Shown here piece by piece: positions 29,418 through 31,120 of a DNA stretch of 31,120 nucleotides (position 1 is its first letter; the number at the start of each line of letters is the position of its first letter). The stretch spans positions 1 through 31,120 of the forward strand of contig JBIJDH010000045.1 in assembly GCA_044344255.1 (NCBI GenBank). The letters are read 5' to 3'. The translations under genes were made by a program, and so were the position numbers. This DNA comes from Myxococcota bacterium (GTDB taxonomy: Bacteria; Myxococcota_A; UBA796; UBA2385). The notes beneath the pieces were generated by a model that saw nothing but the letters and a program-made list of their open reading frames with translations, had not been told where the DNA came from and made no database searches.

Positions 29418-30542
29418 TCAGTCTTCGAGCTTCCACTTGTCTTCGATCGGCTCCGACCAGGGCGGCAGGTCGCCGTTCGGCAGGAGCGGGTTGTCGGGCC
29501 AACGGCGGATGCGCAGCGCGCGGGTGAGGTGCTCGGCGTAGGCGGCGTTGAGCGCGGCGGTGGGGTGCATGTTGTCGAGGAAGCCCGCGTCTTCGAGCAG
29601 CCCGGCCTCGGTCGCGGCGTCGCAGCCGTGGACCAGAGGCACGCCGCGGCGGTCGGCCACGGCCTTCATCGTGTGGAAATAGATCCCCCAGGAGGTCGGG
29701 ACGTCCTCCTCCATGCTCGACAGGATCCGATTGCAGGGAGAGAGGAGGATGACCCCGATGCCGCGGGCGTTGGCCTGCTGCAGCATCCAGTCGAGGTTCT
29801 CGGCGTACTGTTCGATGGGGACCCGGCGCACCCCCTTCTGGTTCGGGTCTTTCACCCAGGTCACCGGGAGGGTTCCGCCGGGCACGGCGGTGGGCCCCTC
29901 GTCGCCCGTCTCCCCGGCGACGATCTGTTTGATCTTCGTCCCGATCATCGACCAGAGCACGCTCTTGCGCAGCAGCCACTGCACCTTGAAGCCGGGAGAG
30001 TGGAGCTCGGCGATCCACTCCCGATCTTGGAAGCCGCGGGCCCCGGTGTCACTCCAGAGGTTGCCGATGACCAGCAGGTTCGGGCGGAGGTCCCAGCCCA
30101 CCTCCTCGAGCAGCGCCCGCGACTGCTCCGAGCTGTAGCCGGGGATGCCGCCGTCGAAGACGTCGACGTCGAGGCCGACCCCTGTAAGGGCGCGGCGCAG
30201 CGAGGCGTGGAGGGTGCCGTCGTCGGCGAGGCCGTGGCCGAAGATGCTGGAGTCGCCGAGCGTGAGGGCGCGGAGCGGCGCGCCGGTGTCGGCCACCACG
30301 CGGAGGCCGTTGGCGCCGACGTCAAAGGTGGCGTCAAACGCGGTCTGCGTGCCCTCCCGCAGGCCCCAGATGCGCGTCTCATGGGGAGGGAGGTCTTGCC
30401 CCGGCTCGGTGGTGTTCGTCGTGGCGATCTTGTCCATCACCCGCGCGACCCCCTCTCCGGTCACCAGGAGGATGGAGCAGGAGATGAGGGTGAACAACAG
30501 CTTCTTGGCGGTGGACAGGGCCCGGGGGGGCGGTGGGGTCAC
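29418..30542 (-). CDS. Membrane-anchored SGNH/GDSL hydrolase family protein, copy 2
   Basis: Same motifs as copy 1 (GDS, PGYS, GNLWSD, DNMH); 374 aa. Confidence 0.9.
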   Translation of the reverse strand: MTPPPPRALSTAKKLLFTLISCSILLVTGEGVARVMDKIATTNTTEPGQDLPPHETRIWGLREGTQTAFDATFDVGANGLRVVADTGAPLRALTLGDSSIFGHGLADDGTLHASLRRALTGVGLDVDVFDGGIPGYSSEQSRALLEEVGWDLRPNLLVIGNLWSDTGARGFQDREWIAELHSPGFKVQWLLRKSVLWSMIGTKIKQIVAGETGDEGPTAVPGGTLPVTWVKDPNQKGVRRVPIEQYAENLDWMLQQANARGIGVILLSPCNRILSSMEEDVPTSWGIYFHTMKAVADRRGVPLVHGCDAATEAGLLEDAGFLDNMHPTAALNAAYAEHLTRALRIRRWPDNPLLPNGDLPPWSEPIEDKWKLED

Positions 30543-30597
30543 GAGACACTCGGCCGGAGGAGGGGGCTACAGCGATGGGGGGAGCGCTCGTGGACGC

Positions 30598-31120
30598 TCA
30601 GGGGGCGACCGGGACCTCGAGCGGCGGCGCGCCGAGGATGATGTTGAAGGTCACCCGCGCGGTCTCGGCGTCGATGTGTTCGACGGTGAGCTCGCGATCG
30701 TCGGGCTTGTCCTCCATCGTGCCCTCGCCGATGTCAGCCTCCCCGGGGAAGGCGAGCTGGGTACAGAGCAGCTCCGCGCCGTCCAGGCGGACCTTCACGT
30801 GGATGTGAGGCACGTTGTAGTGCAGCGTCTCGGGGTTGTTCAGGATCGCGGGCGGCATGATCGTGGAGAAGCAGTAGCCGCCGGTGCTGTCGGTGACGAC
30901 GCGCCCTCGCCAGTCGAAGTCTTCGGTCTCGTTGTCGTACTTGCCGTCGGGGCCGGCCTGCCAGAGGTCCAGCTCGGCGCCGATCACGGGCGCACAGTCG
31001 GGGGTGAGCACCCGCCCGGAGACCCAGAGGGTGACGCCCGCGACCCCCTTCCCGTTGAGGTCGGCGCGGAGCGGGGCGCCGGCGCGGTAATTCGGGCCCT
31101 CCCCGTCCGCCGTGGTGGAG
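30598..31120 (-). CDS. Intradiol dioxygenase-fold protein, copy 2 (5' part outside the window)
   Basis: Open to the window edge and nearly identical to the C-terminal part of copy 1. Confidence 0.88.
   Translation of the reverse strand, partial: STTADGEGPNYRAGAPLRADLNGKGVAGVTLWVSGRVLTPDCAPVIGAELDLWQAGPDGKYDNETEDFDWRGRVVTDSTGGYCFSTIMPPAILNNPETLHYNVPHIHVKVRLDGAELLCTQLAFPGEADIGEGTMEDKPDDRELTVEHIDAETARVTFNIILGAPPLEVPVAP

Larger units (their letters stand above)
26255..31120 (-). repeat. Diverged direct duplication: 26255-27957 equals 29418-31120 (offset 3163 bp), second copy cut by the window end
   Basis: Colinear, same-length SGNH genes, an identical 55-bp intergenic spacer and colinear dioxygenase-like genes. 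Confidence 0.97.

Overview
Very GC-rich bacterial DNA, most consistent with a Myxococcota/deltaproteobacterial genome (MYXO-CTERM-type tail, Hanks-type kinase, many Cys-rich lipoproteins; this assignment is an inference). From 1 to about 23 kb the window is densely coding: a REP-like repeat cluster, TPR protein, secreted M36/M4-like metallopeptidase, UshA-like/tetraheme cytochrome c fusion, ChvI/ChvG-like two-component pair, lipoproteins, an amidohydrolase-gamma-CA-CutA-aldo/keto reductase operon, PhoD, a beta-barrel/Ser-Thr kinase/Asp-box lipoprotein operon, a sulfotransferase and a GFA protein. From about 23 kb to the end it is a plasticity zone. It holds a VOC gene broken at an ISAs1 remnant, a lower-GC secreted caspase-family protease fused to a probable outer-membrane beta-barrel, a decayed partial copy of the Asp-box gene, other gene fragments, and a 5'-truncated Rpn-family gene. 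It also holds a diverged direct duplication (offset 3163 bp) of a Tat-lipoprotein intradiol-dioxygenase-like gene plus an SGNH hydrolase gene. No rRNA, tRNA, CRISPR array or reverse transcriptase was seen. Family calls come from motif recognition by eye, not from database searches.
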